This document shows, in pieces, positions 27,259-39,779 of a DNA stretch of 64,000 nucleotides. Both the position numbers and the translations under genes were made by a program. This stretch comes from Octopus sinensis (lineage: Eukaryota): assembly GCF_006345805.1 (NCBI RefSeq), contig NC_042998.1:117800001-117864000 (forward strand), given 5' to 3'. The notes under the pieces are model-generated. The model had not been told where the DNA came from and did not search any database. It saw only the letters and a program-made list of their open reading frames with translations. Each line of letters opens with the position of its first letter. Position 1 is the first letter of the stretch.

Positions 27259-27519
27259 TATATGAAAAAGAAATTTATATATTCCGAAATATTATATCAG
27301 ACTATGGTTGATTAAACTATACCAGTAATTATAGTGCATTGTTGTTAATATAATGCATTGTTGTGCCATTCAAAACACATTATTACTATTTACTATCAAT
27401 ATTGTTTACAAACAATACAGAATGCTTCAAGCTAACTACAATACTCTCCTCTATATATACTTATGTATGTATATATGTGTGTATGTGTGTATGTTTGTAT
27501 GTTTGTATATATATTTATG

Positions 27520-27583
<64 letters not shown>

Positions 27584-28699
27584 CACTCACACACACACAC
27601 ACCTATATATACAAAAAATAACAACGTATGATTGTGTTTTTGGATACATTATTGTGTTCACCAGAGTAGAACCGCAGAAAATTGCATTTTTTGGCATGAA
27701 AATATGTGTTCGATGACCTGTAAAAGAAAAGGTTAAGTTCTATACTGGAATAATTCTTCGAGTACATAATTGAAGCAAGACAGGATACCAAGCAAGAAAC
27801 TGGCTCAAGAAATGTGTGCGACTGTGTTTACATATGGAGATATATAACTGAATATCATCATGCTTCCATCAACTACGCAAGCCATATAGGATTGAGAAGT
27901 GCAGCAGAGAATGACCTGTTAAGCAAAAGGCTTCTTGTATGTAAGAGGTGACGCATTGTACAAAACGTAAAATTCTACATTGCACTTCTCACAATTATGA
28001 CAGGCCTTGTCAGTTTTAATTAACATTGTCATATGTTGTTAGAAGGTATGCTGTTAGAATTGTTAGAATCATGCTGAATAAGTTGTTAGAATTTATGCTG
28101 ATTTCTTACTGGAGAATATTCCCATGCTGCCAAATTCTAAACTAATGTTCTACTGCAGAGTAGGAAAAATGCTGCATAAATATTTATTTAATTCAGTTTG
28201 ATAAATAAAGTTTCACATCAGATACACATATGAATTAATTTAGATAATAATTAAAATTGACATTAATTGTAAGCAGTGTGTGATGTTTCTTAAGATCTGG
28301 TAGTGATTCATTGAGTAGTCATTATTAATAGAAATTGAGGATTGTTTATGTGTGAAAGTAGAAATGATGTGCTAATAATTGGCATCACACATACGAAAAA
28401 TATCTTCATTTCAGGCTCGCACTCAAATACACACACAGATACGCGTATGTATATGTGCGTGTATATAAATATATAGACACACGCGCACGCATATGTGTAT
28501 ATGCGCATGATTGTCTGTGTATTGATATATATGAGTGATCTCGCACGCGCGCGTACATTATACTCATATTTATGTGGTATTCAGCTGACGTGCCAGTGAA
28601 TTGGATGTTTTACACACCCTCAGAAGGAATTTCTTTCTTTAGTTTGTTACTATATATATAAACGAATGCAGCGTGGAATGTGTTAATAAGCCATTTAAA

Positions 28700-29250
28700 A
28701 ACACAAAAAAACCGTTGGATTCATTTCAACATTCAAGATTAATTTGTCCAAATATTTTCGTCGCTTTGAATCTGCGATCTTTTCACTGGCAAAGTTCCGG
28801 GCATCATCTGAGAAAGTAACCCTATCAAATCTATAATTGGTAGAACCTATCCTTTTAGTAGAACCCCCTGTACGGATAAGTACTGTACTGTATGTAGATT
28901 TAGCCCACAAACAAACTGTAAAGCCAGAAATGTAGTCTATAGTATAAGATTTATAGAGGGACGATGCAGTAACAAGACAACGACCTACGTAGGGGAAACG
29001 GCAAGAAGCATAGGAGAGCGGGTAAATGGACATTGGAGACAACTCATGGAAGGTAAAAGCTCATCGATTCTGTACCAACACGCCGAACAAGAACACGGGG
29101 GATCAATCAATAACATAGAAATTAAAATATTATCCACACATAGATCAGATCAACAATTAGACAAATTACAGAAGCTACACACATAATAGAAAATAAACCT
29201 AGCCTGAATAGAAAACTAGAATGGAGCACTAACACACACCACAACATATG
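28700..29250 (+). mobile_element. Penelope-like element 3' fragment (GIY-YIG endonuclease)
   Basis: The frame starting at 28869 reads CTDKYCTVCRFSPQTNCKARNVVYSIRF..TYVGETARSIGERVNGHW..LYQHAEQEHG. After a frameshift it continues RQITEATHIIENKPSLNRK. It is missed by the ORF track because it lacks an upstream start. Confidence 0.9.
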
Positions 29251-29345
29251 ACGATAGAGGATACTGAAAACATAATAAATACACAGATAAATAAATAAAC
29301 TAATAGAGATAAATAACTATATATATGTATATATGTATGTATATG

Positions 29346-29379
<34 letters not shown>

Positions 29380-29911
29380 TTTTTTTTTTTCGATTCAATT
29401 TATTATTATTAGTAGTAGTATTGTTGTTAGACATACATACATAGAAGCATATGTAATGATAATAATGGGTGGATGTAAACACATGAAAAAATAAGAATAA
29501 ACAAAAACAACAAAAACAAAAAACAAAAAAACAAAAAACAAAATACAAATTACATGAACATATAAAAAATTACAAATTACATGAACATATATAAACAGAA
29601 GATACAAATATTACAGGCATCCCCCACATACACACACTAAATAAACATAAACGCACATAGAGATATAAGCATGCGCAAATGAAGACATACAATAGAAATA
29701 CAAAATGGCTGACGGTTAGTAAGGAGAGACACAAATAAGTAAGAAGAAAACAAAGGAGCACTGATGCGGTCACAGGAGTGTGACGAAAGAACTCTGGCCG
29801 AAATAAGATTAAGATTAATGTAAAAAATAAATAACACTGAAGCAAAGTAACACCAAATATATAGTGCGTGTGTTTTTATTGGTTAAACTGGCAAAATGAC
29901 CATTCCTAAAT

Positions 29912-30007
<96 letters not shown>

Positions 30008-30149
30008 ACAAATCTAAAGAAAATAATTTGATATCCATATAGGTATGCATGCAGAGATTAAGTCAAAAGTTATACTCAATTTTCTTTCTGTAATTTATTA
30101 AGAAAAACGCAAGGCTTGAATTGAATAACTACATTCGTTTTCGACATAA

Positions 30150-30850
30150 TCTTCTTGCTTTTCGATGTGCTTTTTCCTGCTTTCAACCTCTTTACCAGCA
30201 TTTCACTGTGGGCTACACTAGTGATCGTAGACCTCTTTTGCAGTATAAGTCGCTTTGTGTCCCAAAAATGGCTCGTATGTCTTTTTCTGAGGAAGTTTGA
30301 GTCCTGAATTTCTATTCCGGTGACGATTCCGGGCGTTTCCACTACATACTCAGTCTTTTGGATTCTGACTCAAAGTGATGGACCCAGCTCTCATCTCTTG
30401 TGACTATTTTCTCAAAAAATGCTTTGCCTTCATCGATGAAGCGTTAAAACATCTCCGCATGATTGCGCCTGTGCTATCTTCGCATCTATCTCGTACATCA
30501 CTTTACGTAATTAAAGCTTGGTGTGGATCATTTCGTATGCAGATCCATGCCTAATATGGAGAGAATATGCCACTTCGTCGATGACCGCTCGCCGATTCGC
30601 ATTAACCATCACTTGAGCATGTTGAATCTTCCTGGCAGTGGTGGAAGTTATAACCTCCCTGCTCCCTGTTCGTATTTCACGCTTCACCGGTCATTTTCAG
30701 AGTTCTCGATGTACTGAATCACACAGTTCTAGGTGGAAGAGTACTAACCCATATTGGACTGAACGGCAACTATGAATTACTCCCTTGACACGCCTTCAGA
30801 CTAGAGAAATCGGATCATCGGTCTCTATTCTGTATTCAGGCTGACTGCTA
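30150..30850 (-). mobile_element. Decayed mariner transposase fragment (second lineage)
   Basis: NRRAVIDEVAYSLHIRHGSAYEMIH, FEKIVTRDESWVHHFESESKRLSM*WKRP and FWDTK; the 3' part and TIRs were not found. Confidence 0.8.
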
Positions 30851-31759
30851 GGGGAGGGACAATGTCCACACTGTGACTCCAGGAAGAGTACTGTAGCAAT
30901 CAAGATGCAATCTTGGTTACGCCAGCATGAGAGTACTGCCATTTACCCAGCGGGCGCTGGATGCAAAAGTGGCAAGCCTAAAGAAATTTTTAGTACAAGT
31001 ACGAATATACTACTCTCATTAGTATATTTATGTATGTATGCGAGCGAGCGTGTGTGTGTCTTTGTCTGTGTTTGTTTGATTGTGTGTCTGTGCGTATGTG
31101 TGTGCGTGTGTAAGTCACCTATTTAGAACTATAAAGATATTAGAGGCAAACTTACGTGCGATGTTTCTACAGTTAGACTGATACGTGAAATATCTAATAA
31201 CATGATTTATAAAAGCAATGGGTACTTTCAGTGTATCTACAAACTGAATCAGATAAGATATTCTACTTTAATTCAAATTTCCCTTCATCATACCATGAAA
31301 TAATGCGTATGTGTAGAATCCAGATTTCAACATCCAGCGAACGATGCACCACCATAAGAATAATGTCCCTTACTCCTTCTCGAATCGCCATTGTCGAAAC
31401 TTAGTAACATAAGCTGTGTAGCTAAAGGTAGCTTTATTTGGGAAAATAAGATATTTTTCGTATATCAGAGAGAGCAATATGTAGATTTCTTTTTATTTTG
31501 TATCTGCTTTAAAATCTTCAAATGATGGTAAACGGGTCCTTACGAATCTCTTCACGCACCATACATTATCGCCATTACAAAACGTATCCATGTATGCATG
31601 AATGTATGTATATATACACGACACGTTTATATATATAAAGAGAGAGAGAGAGAGAGAGAGAGAGCAATAGATAGATATAGATATATACATATTTACTTAT
31701 ACACATATATAGATATATATGTCCATGTGTCTGTTTGTCTGTCTTTCTGTCTATGTATG

Positions 31760-31799
<40 letters not shown>

Positions 31800-32904
31800 C
31801 TTGCATATAAGTGTATATATACATATATATGCATGTGTGTATGTGTGTATACATATACATATACGCAATCACGCGCGCACATTCATTTATGTTTTTACAT
31901 ATATATTTATGCATATATATATATATATATATATTAATGTGCATGTGTGTATGCGTGTGAGTGTGTCTCTCTACGATCTATGCATGTATAGACAGATTGG
32001 TTATTTGCGTGGTATTGGCACATGTTTAGCATCAAATGATTGCATTTAGATGAACGTGTGAGATATTCGGAACACATTAAAGTTCCAATAAATACATTTA
32101 TTTCATGCATCTATTTATGTCCAGCGATAGAATATATTCCATTTCTTTATCTTAAAATGTTTAGAAATTGAGGGACAGTAGGATCTATAAGCCTCCCAGC
32201 TTATGGTAAATTTCCATTATATATTCCGCATATCAATGTGGTTCGAATATACTTCGTTGTATGTCCTGAACATTTTACATCCTAACAAATTTTACATGAT
32301 TTTTTAAAACACGGCAAGAAATATTCCTTCTTCAATGAAATGAAAATGTCCATATAACCAGTAATGCTTTAGACATGATTGTCTCCCTTTATTCGACTGA
32401 ATCTACTTCCGCGTGTATTCGTAATTTTCTAGTGAAGAAGTAGACTGCACATAATTATCGCCTGTTCCAAATTAATTTAACAGTGCTCGTTACAGTCCGT
32501 CATTGTAACAAGAGAGACAATCTTATTTTTCCAAGAGAAATAAACCAAAACTACATCACTAATCTGCATTAAAAACATTAATCGCAAGAATATTACCGCA
32601 AATAGATATTTGAAACGAACAATCTTTCCCCAGAATGGAAGATGCTATACTGCAAGGACACCTAAAGCTGAAATAATGAAGTGTAATCAATGCTGTACGT
32701 AAATAAGAAAAACAAAATCAAGAAGGGGACAGAGCCCGGGTTACGTGCAAGTACTGATAGTAATCAGATGCAGGACAAATTTTACATTTCAATGGCATGC
32801 GATTTTGCAGCTTGAAGCAAAATAAGAAAGTACAAAAAAAACATGGCTATTCATATCAGAGTATCAACATTTACAGATCACACCTTCTCTTTTATCTTCC
32901 TCTT

Positions 32905-32908
32905 GCTT

Positions 32909-32946
<38 letters not shown>

Positions 32947-33160
32947 TCTCTATCTCTGTTTCTCTATCTAACTGTTCTTCTTTCACTCCTCGCGCTCTCT
33001 CTACTGTTCACTCCCCCGTCTCTCAACCTCTTCCTCTTCTCCCTTTCTCTCAGTGTCTCTCTTTCCCTTTCTCTCTCCCTTTTACTCTCTTTTTCACTCT
33101 CTCTCTCTCTCACACACACACACAGACAAACACACAAACACACAAACACACACATCGAAA
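32905..33160. repeat. (CT)n then (CA)n microsatellite
   Basis: Direct reading. Confidence 0.9.
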
Positions 33161-34473
33161 CAGCCTTTCACAAACGGGTTTGACGAACATGCTAAGTTTG
33201 ATTAAACCGTGAATGTGTTTTGTATATGGATTATTGGAAGTACGAAAAACAAGTACGAACATCACAAAACGCAGCACATGTATTCCTAGAAGTACTGATA
33301 TAAGATTCATCACCGATGAATATGTATTAATTCAATGTTCAAGAGTCGGAAATGCACTCAACCAACAATAACAGGTCTAAGAAAAACATATGTAGGAAAT
33401 CGAATAGAAGCTAAACATCAAAAAAAAAAAAAAAATATTACTACAAATTACGAAAATCGATCTATAAATAATTAAATCATAGTTCTGTATATAGAGAAAA
33501 TAAAGTGCAGATCTAACTGAGGAGGAATTCTCTCAAAAATTGAGAATGATGTTTGTCATGTTGCAAAAGTACAATTCTTTTCATTCCTAAAGTGTACAAA
33601 ACAAACTAATAATAACAGAATGTTTGAAATAATATCAGTAAACGTGGAGTATGAGAATAAACTCTGAGTTTCATTATCACTGGCTGCTCATTCTTATTTA
33701 AAATGTAATGCGTCTAAGGGCGTAATAACAAATTTGTTGCCAAAATATTTACCTAAAATCGTTGTTGCTCACTAAATACATATGCAGCAGGGATTTACAC
33801 ATGTACTGTATCAATGGTTATTTAAAATACAAATTCTCACAATAGAAGTGTCCAAGGGGGCTAATAATCAAAGCTCTATCTAGAAGAGATGGGAAATACA
33901 AGATTTTATGGAATAGAAAGGCACATTGAAAATAGGTACTATGCCTGGGGGCACTAAAATTTTATCTTGAAAATTATCAAATGAAGTAGTAGTACCAATA
34001 AATGTATGATCATTTTTCCAAGACAAAGAAACATTTTCCAGCAAAAATTGCATCCCTCTGAAATATTTGGACTGTGATGGGAATCATGATTGCCACAACT
34101 TAAGTGAAATTTGTTAAAACATAACTAGGAGTCAAAATCCAGGAAAAATACCGAATAGGGTCCAGTGTTAGTTTCTAAATGCATCAAAGCCGATTTCAGC
34201 AAGACGGATGCATTCTGTGAAAGCATTGTTGCCCTGGCCAACTAAAGAGTTCCAAGGCAGTTGAGAAACCGAAAAGTTTGAAATAAAATATTCAATGAAT
34301 AAGTGCATTTAACTGATTTGAATGATTAACATGTCTTACGTGCGCACGTGCACACGATTACTCATCCATATCTATATACATACATAAGTCCATTCATACA
34401 TGCATGCATATATACTGATACAAACATACATATATATACACACACATATATGTATGTCTATTTATGTGTGAGT

Positions 34474-34590
34474 GAAGGCGCATGGCTCACTAGTTAGAGC
34501 GTCGAGCTTACGATCGTGAGGTTGTGAGTTTGATTCTAGGACCAGGTTGCGTGTTGTGTTCTTGAGAAGCACACTTTATTTCACGTTTTC
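34474..34590 (+). mobile_element. tRNA-derived SINE head (truncated, fourth family)
   Basis: GAAGGCGCATGGCTCACTAGTTAGAGCGTC..GTGAGTTTGATTCTAGG gives degenerate A and B boxes, followed by GTGTTGTGTTCTTGAG. Confidence 0.65.
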
Positions 34591-35089
34591 AATGTAGGAA
34601 ATATCACAAAAAGTTGCAACTTTGAGTGAAATTTCAAAGTTACTCTTAATATTCTTTTCATAAAGATTTGTTAATCTAATTAAGTGATCATTCGGATATT
34701 TTTTTTGTTTTTTTTATGTATACTTATAATTAAAATCAAAATAGCTGATATTTTCATTGCCATTTCTTTGCTACTCAATAAATTTCAGAATTTTTCATTA
34801 TAGTGTATACGATAAATTTGCAACTATGCGCAGAGGGAATTGAATTGAATTGAAAAATACTCAATTCCTTATTTTACAGAGTACTAAAACAGCTATTTAT
34901 GTATTGTTACTTTACTTATAATTACACATTTTTATTGCGCGAGATTTGATATTAAATCTCAGCTTGGTTAATGGGTGCATAGCTTTACATTATTTAATGT
35001 GCTGTTGTCAATCGTTTTATTCAATGTGAAGTTAATATTTTGCATTTACCAAATTGCTGCATAGAAAAGTATAGAGTAATGTGTATGTA

Positions 35090-35126
<37 letters not shown>

Positions 35127-35212
35127 GTGTGTGTGTGTGTATTTATAGGTGTGTGTATGTGTGTGCATGTATATATACATATGTGTGAGTGTGTGTTTGC
35201 GCATATACACAA

Positions 35213-35249
<37 letters not shown>

Positions 35250-35259
35250 CATTATATAC

Positions 35260-35294
<35 letters not shown>

Positions 35295-36170
35295 AGGAGC
35301 GAAGGACATATACAGAGAGTGATAGATAGATAGATAGATAGATAGATAGGTAGATAGATGGATAGATAGATAGAGAGATAGAGAGAAAGAGAGAGAGAGA
35401 GAGAAAGGGGGAGAGTGAGAGAGAGAAAGAGCACAGTTCCTTACTACGTCTGAAAAGAATAGATGCAAACGGTCGCATACAATAGGAATAAATTTAATTA
35501 CGATCTTTTGTTTTGTTTAGAATATGTGCTGACGTGTCAATTATAGAATGCATTCCAACTGTATCACCAATTTTTCGCTGTTTGATATTATATACCTGTT
35601 TATTTCTATTTATTTATCCAATGTTTTGGACACCACAACAAATGTTTGTCATAACAGTGTTTCTTCTCTGTACATCGATCTGTCGAAGTGCGCGCATGCG
35701 CTCACACACAGGCATAATTCTTATTTGGAATGCCCATTATTCTCATTCCATTTGTATCGTAAGATTTCAGAATTCAAATATTTTAGTTCTTTTTGAAAAC
35801 ACTTCCTGCGTTTTCTTTTGGACTCCTCTACATCGGTACTCATTTGTACGATTCACGTGTATAGAAGCACACACACACACATATATACATTTATTAATAA
35901 ATACATACATACTTATTAATATACTCACACACTGACAAATATATAGTTAATAATGAATGAAATTTGTTTATTTCCATATAATACGTATATTATATTGTCC
36001 ATAGCTGGAACCAACGAGTGTTTGGTTTACTATTTAAAAATTTCAGAATATACACGCTTACTTCAAGGTTAAATTACGTTAACAGGACGGGAACAATTTT
36101 TACTTATATAAATTAAACAAGTTATATCAGTGGATGAAACAATGAATTATCTTAACACATTTGTTATATA

Positions 36171-36586
36171 AGCGCAGGAGTGGCTTCGTGGTAAGTAGCT
36201 TGCTTACCAACCTCATGACTCCGGGTTCAGTCCCACTGTGTGTCACCTTGGGCAAGTGTCTTTTACTATAGCCTCGGACCGACCAAAGCCATGTGAGTGG
36301 ATTTGGTAGACGGAAACTGAAAGAAACTCGTCGTATATGTGTATGTGTATATATATATATATGTGTGTGCGTGTGTTTGTGTGTCTGTGTTTGTCCCCCC
36401 AACATCGCTTGGCAACCGATGCTGGTGTGTTTACGTCCTCGTAACTTAGCGGTTCGGCAAAACAGACCGATAAAATAAGTACTAGACTTACAAAGTATAA
36501 GTCCTGGGGTCGATTTGCTCGACTAAAGGCGGTGCGCCAGCAAGACCGCAGTCAAATGACTGAAACAAGTAAAAGAGTAAAAGAGT
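36171..36586 (+). mobile_element. tRNA-derived SINE, best-preserved copy of the 6200/16225 family
   Basis: AGCGCAGGAGTGGCTTCGTGGTAAG..CCGGGTTCAGTCCC head, shared core, and AAGTAAAAGAGTAAAAGAGT tail. Confidence 0.9.
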
Positions 36587-37330
36587 ATATAAATTTCTGA
36601 AACGATAGTTGCAATTTCCTGCATAGTAGGCAATGAGTTACGACTTATAGAATCATATTAGTTACGCAAAATTTTAAACTCAACATTTCTATCATGTAAG
36701 TGCTAAATATTCACATCCTTATTGGAAATAAAGATTAAAAAAACATCCTAATATAATTCGCGCGAAAGAAACAACATGCCATAACTATCAACGGAACATA
36801 AACGGATATGTATGTGATATACATACCATTCAGGTAATATGTATATTTGTAATGGGATTCTATAAAGTACGAAAGAAGTAAGATTGATATATCCCAAGAA
36901 ATATATACCATAAAAACACAAAGCATTGTATTACAAAGCATTAACATAAAGAGACATATGATACAATATATAGTGAATATTTTGGAACACACAATGTGAA
37001 ATGATTCTCTTCATTTCGTAGAATTCCTCACCACATACATATTCAAGTCCTTAGACCTATCTTAACTTCATTGTTTTCCATATGCTTTCAAATTTCGCAA
37101 CGTTCGTGTAACTTATTAATGCATGTTAATTTATCCTCAATGCTTACTAACTCTTTTCGCAAGGACATCCAAGATTGTAAGCGAGTTTAGTCGCTGATGA
37201 TTGGACTATACAACACGTGTACTTGGTTATGTTATTATCAACATCGATATCTGAAATGACACTCATTTATATACACGTACATACATGCACACAGACATAT
37301 ACTCATACACAAACGTGTACATATATATAT

Positions 37331-37365
<35 letters not shown>

Positions 37366-37366
<1 letters not shown>

Positions 37367-39406
37367 CTCGGCAGGTGTCCCAGTGTATCACAGTTGGGCC
37401 TGGTAGTCATCCTGCCACTGTAGTCAAACTATCTTTAAAAAAAAGTAAAAATAAACATTCTTTGATTTTCGGTTGTTGGAATGTGCGCACACTTCTTGAT
37501 GATGATTTCAACAAGAGGCTAGAAAGGCGTACTGCACTTATTACATGTGAGCTCCAGAAAAACTCTCTTGATATAATTAAGTTCTCTGAAACTCGTCTCT
37601 CTCGGGAGGGCCATGTGAATGAACCTATTTATGGATATACTATCTTTAGAAGAGGCCTAACTAAGGGTCAGCGTAGCGAATTTGGTGTTGGGTTTGCTCT
37701 TAAGAATACATTAGTATCCTCCAATGCGGAGCTTCCAAGTGGAATATCTGAACGGATCATGTCATGCCATATTAAACTGACAAAAGGTACGAGTCTTACC
37801 GTTGTCAGTATTTATGCACCAACAATGTCCCATTCTGATGAAACTGTAGGACAGTTTTATGACGATCTAGCACGATTATAGAGGAACGTATGAATTTCTA
37901 ACAAGCTGCTCATATTGAGAGATTTTTCAATGCAAGGGCTGGAAAGAACTATGTTTTATGGTCTGTTTTAGGTCGACAAAGGATTGGAAAATGCAATAAA
38001 AATGTAGTAGCTCTTTTGACGTTTTGTACTGCGAATAATCTGGTTGTCAGCAATATTCTGTTTAAGCAGAAAAGTAAAACTAAAACCACCAGGATGCATC
38101 CAATATCTAAGCACTGGCATCTCATACATTATATTCTGATCAGGAAACGTGATATGAAAGACGTTTCTAGCGTCCCATCATGAGAGGGGCAGAGAGCTGG
38201 ACTGACCATTAGCTAGTGTGTGGGAAAATAGATTTTTCGATATTGCCTAAATATCAACAGTCTTGTTCTAAGGTACCCAGAAAGTTAAATGTTGGAATCT
38301 TTAAATTATCAAGCAACTTGCAAAACTTTACCAATGCTATAGAAAGTATCCATCCTGACCCAAACAATCTATAAGAATATTTCAAGCAAAAGTATTTTAG
38401 TTTACAAGTTCGTAAGTGGGATTTAAATCAGTGACTGGTTCTCAGATAGATCAGCAGTAATTCATGATCTAATTTGAGAAAAAACAAAACTTAGGCAATG
38501 CAATTCTTTCTCAGTCCTTGAACCCCAACTCAAACGAAACTTACACAAAGCTGAAAAGGGAAGTGCAGACCACTCTAAGTAAAATTAAACAGGAATGGTG
38601 GAATGATAGAGCAAAAGGGGCAGAAGGGACAGCTGATACAAATGATGCCAAGGGATAGTACTCTTATGTTAAATAGGTATATGGCCCATAATCTTCCTCA
38701 ATACCTCCAGTGAGAACAGCAAATGGACGCTTTATTCTGACTGACACCGCTTCTATTAATAAGCGTTGGGTAGAATATTTTTCTGAACTTTTGAATAGAC
38801 CATCATACATTGACATGAGGATGATAGAAAAAATTGAACACCTTCCAGTTATAGAAGTGATGGCATTTGAACCAAATCGAAATGACATTTATTTAGCTGT
38901 GAATAAGCTGAATAACAATAAGACTCCAGGGTCTGATGGAATCTGTACAGAAGTCTTGAAATATTGGGATGACAAAATGTTTGACATCTTAAATATATTA
39001 ATTTGTTGCTGTTGGAAAACTGAGAGAGTGCCTCAAGACTGGCGTGATGTTATTTTAGTATACTTTTATAAATCGGGGCCAAATTATTTGTGTGGTCATT
39101 TTCGTGGGATTTCGCTTTTGTCTGTGGTTGGAAAGGTACTTGTCCGCATTTTGTTAGAAAGTTTAAATACATTTATAGTTCCAAATATAATGTTTGAGTC
39201 TCAGTGTGGTCTTCGTTCATCCAGCTGATTGTATCTTTACTGTCAGACAATTACAAGAAAATTGCATTTAACAGAATCTTGCTCTATACTATTGTTTTGT
39301 TGATTTGAGCAAAGCATTCGATACTGTTAATCGAAATGCTATGTGGCTAATTCTAAGGAAAATAGGTTGCCCAGAAAACTTTGTAAACATGGTCAGGGCT
39401 TTGCAT
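37366..39406 (+). mobile_element. Decayed RTE-clade LINE: APE endonuclease and N-terminal RT, 3' half absent
   Basis: IFGCWNVRTLLD..ERRTALITCELQK..FSETRL..YTIFRRG..GVGFALK..VVSIYAPT, then NNKTPGSDGI, WRDVILVYFYK and FRGISLLSVVGKVL, followed by FVDLSKAFDTVNR. Confidence 0.92.
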
Positions 39407-39531
39407 ATAGCGTAGCGGTTAAGGGCGCGGGCTCACTAAGCCCAAGATTCCGAGTTCGATTCCAGGCAGTGACATGAATAATAATAATAATAATAATGAT
39501 AATAATAATAATAATAATAATGATAATAATG

Positions 39532-39583
<52 letters not shown>

Positions 39584-39775
39584 TAATAATAATAATAACA
39601 ATAACAACAACAACAACAATAATAACATCGAAAAATACCTTAGGAATGACAACCCAGTTTCGAAATTTCCCGAAAACACCTGACGAAGGCTGGAGGGTAT
39701 ATCAGCCCAAACGTGTTAACAACAAACAATATGAGGATAAAATCCGTCAAAATCTAAATAATAACAGAAGAGTGT
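39407..39775 (+). mobile_element. Composite SINE-like element: tRNA-type head, (AAT)n, tail with degenerate hammerhead-like motif
   Basis: A-box TAGCGTAGCGG at 39408-39418, B-box GAGTTCGATTCC at 39452-39463, (AAT/AAC)n at 39477-39625, and AACAC CTGACGA A GGCTG..CAGCC CAAAC GTGTT at 39675-39717. Confidence 0.7.
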
Positions 39776-39779
39776 GTAA

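Noticed and set aside
29240-29275. TGACGA..GAAAAC just after the second Penelope ORF
   Set aside because: C3 is missing, stem II is only 2 bp, and there is no cleavage triplet or stem I.
37368-37425. Possible HDV-like ribozyme at the RTE 5' end (GGCAGG..CCTGCC pairing)
   Set aside because: No P3/L3 motif or P1.1 GG; only a generic hairpin.
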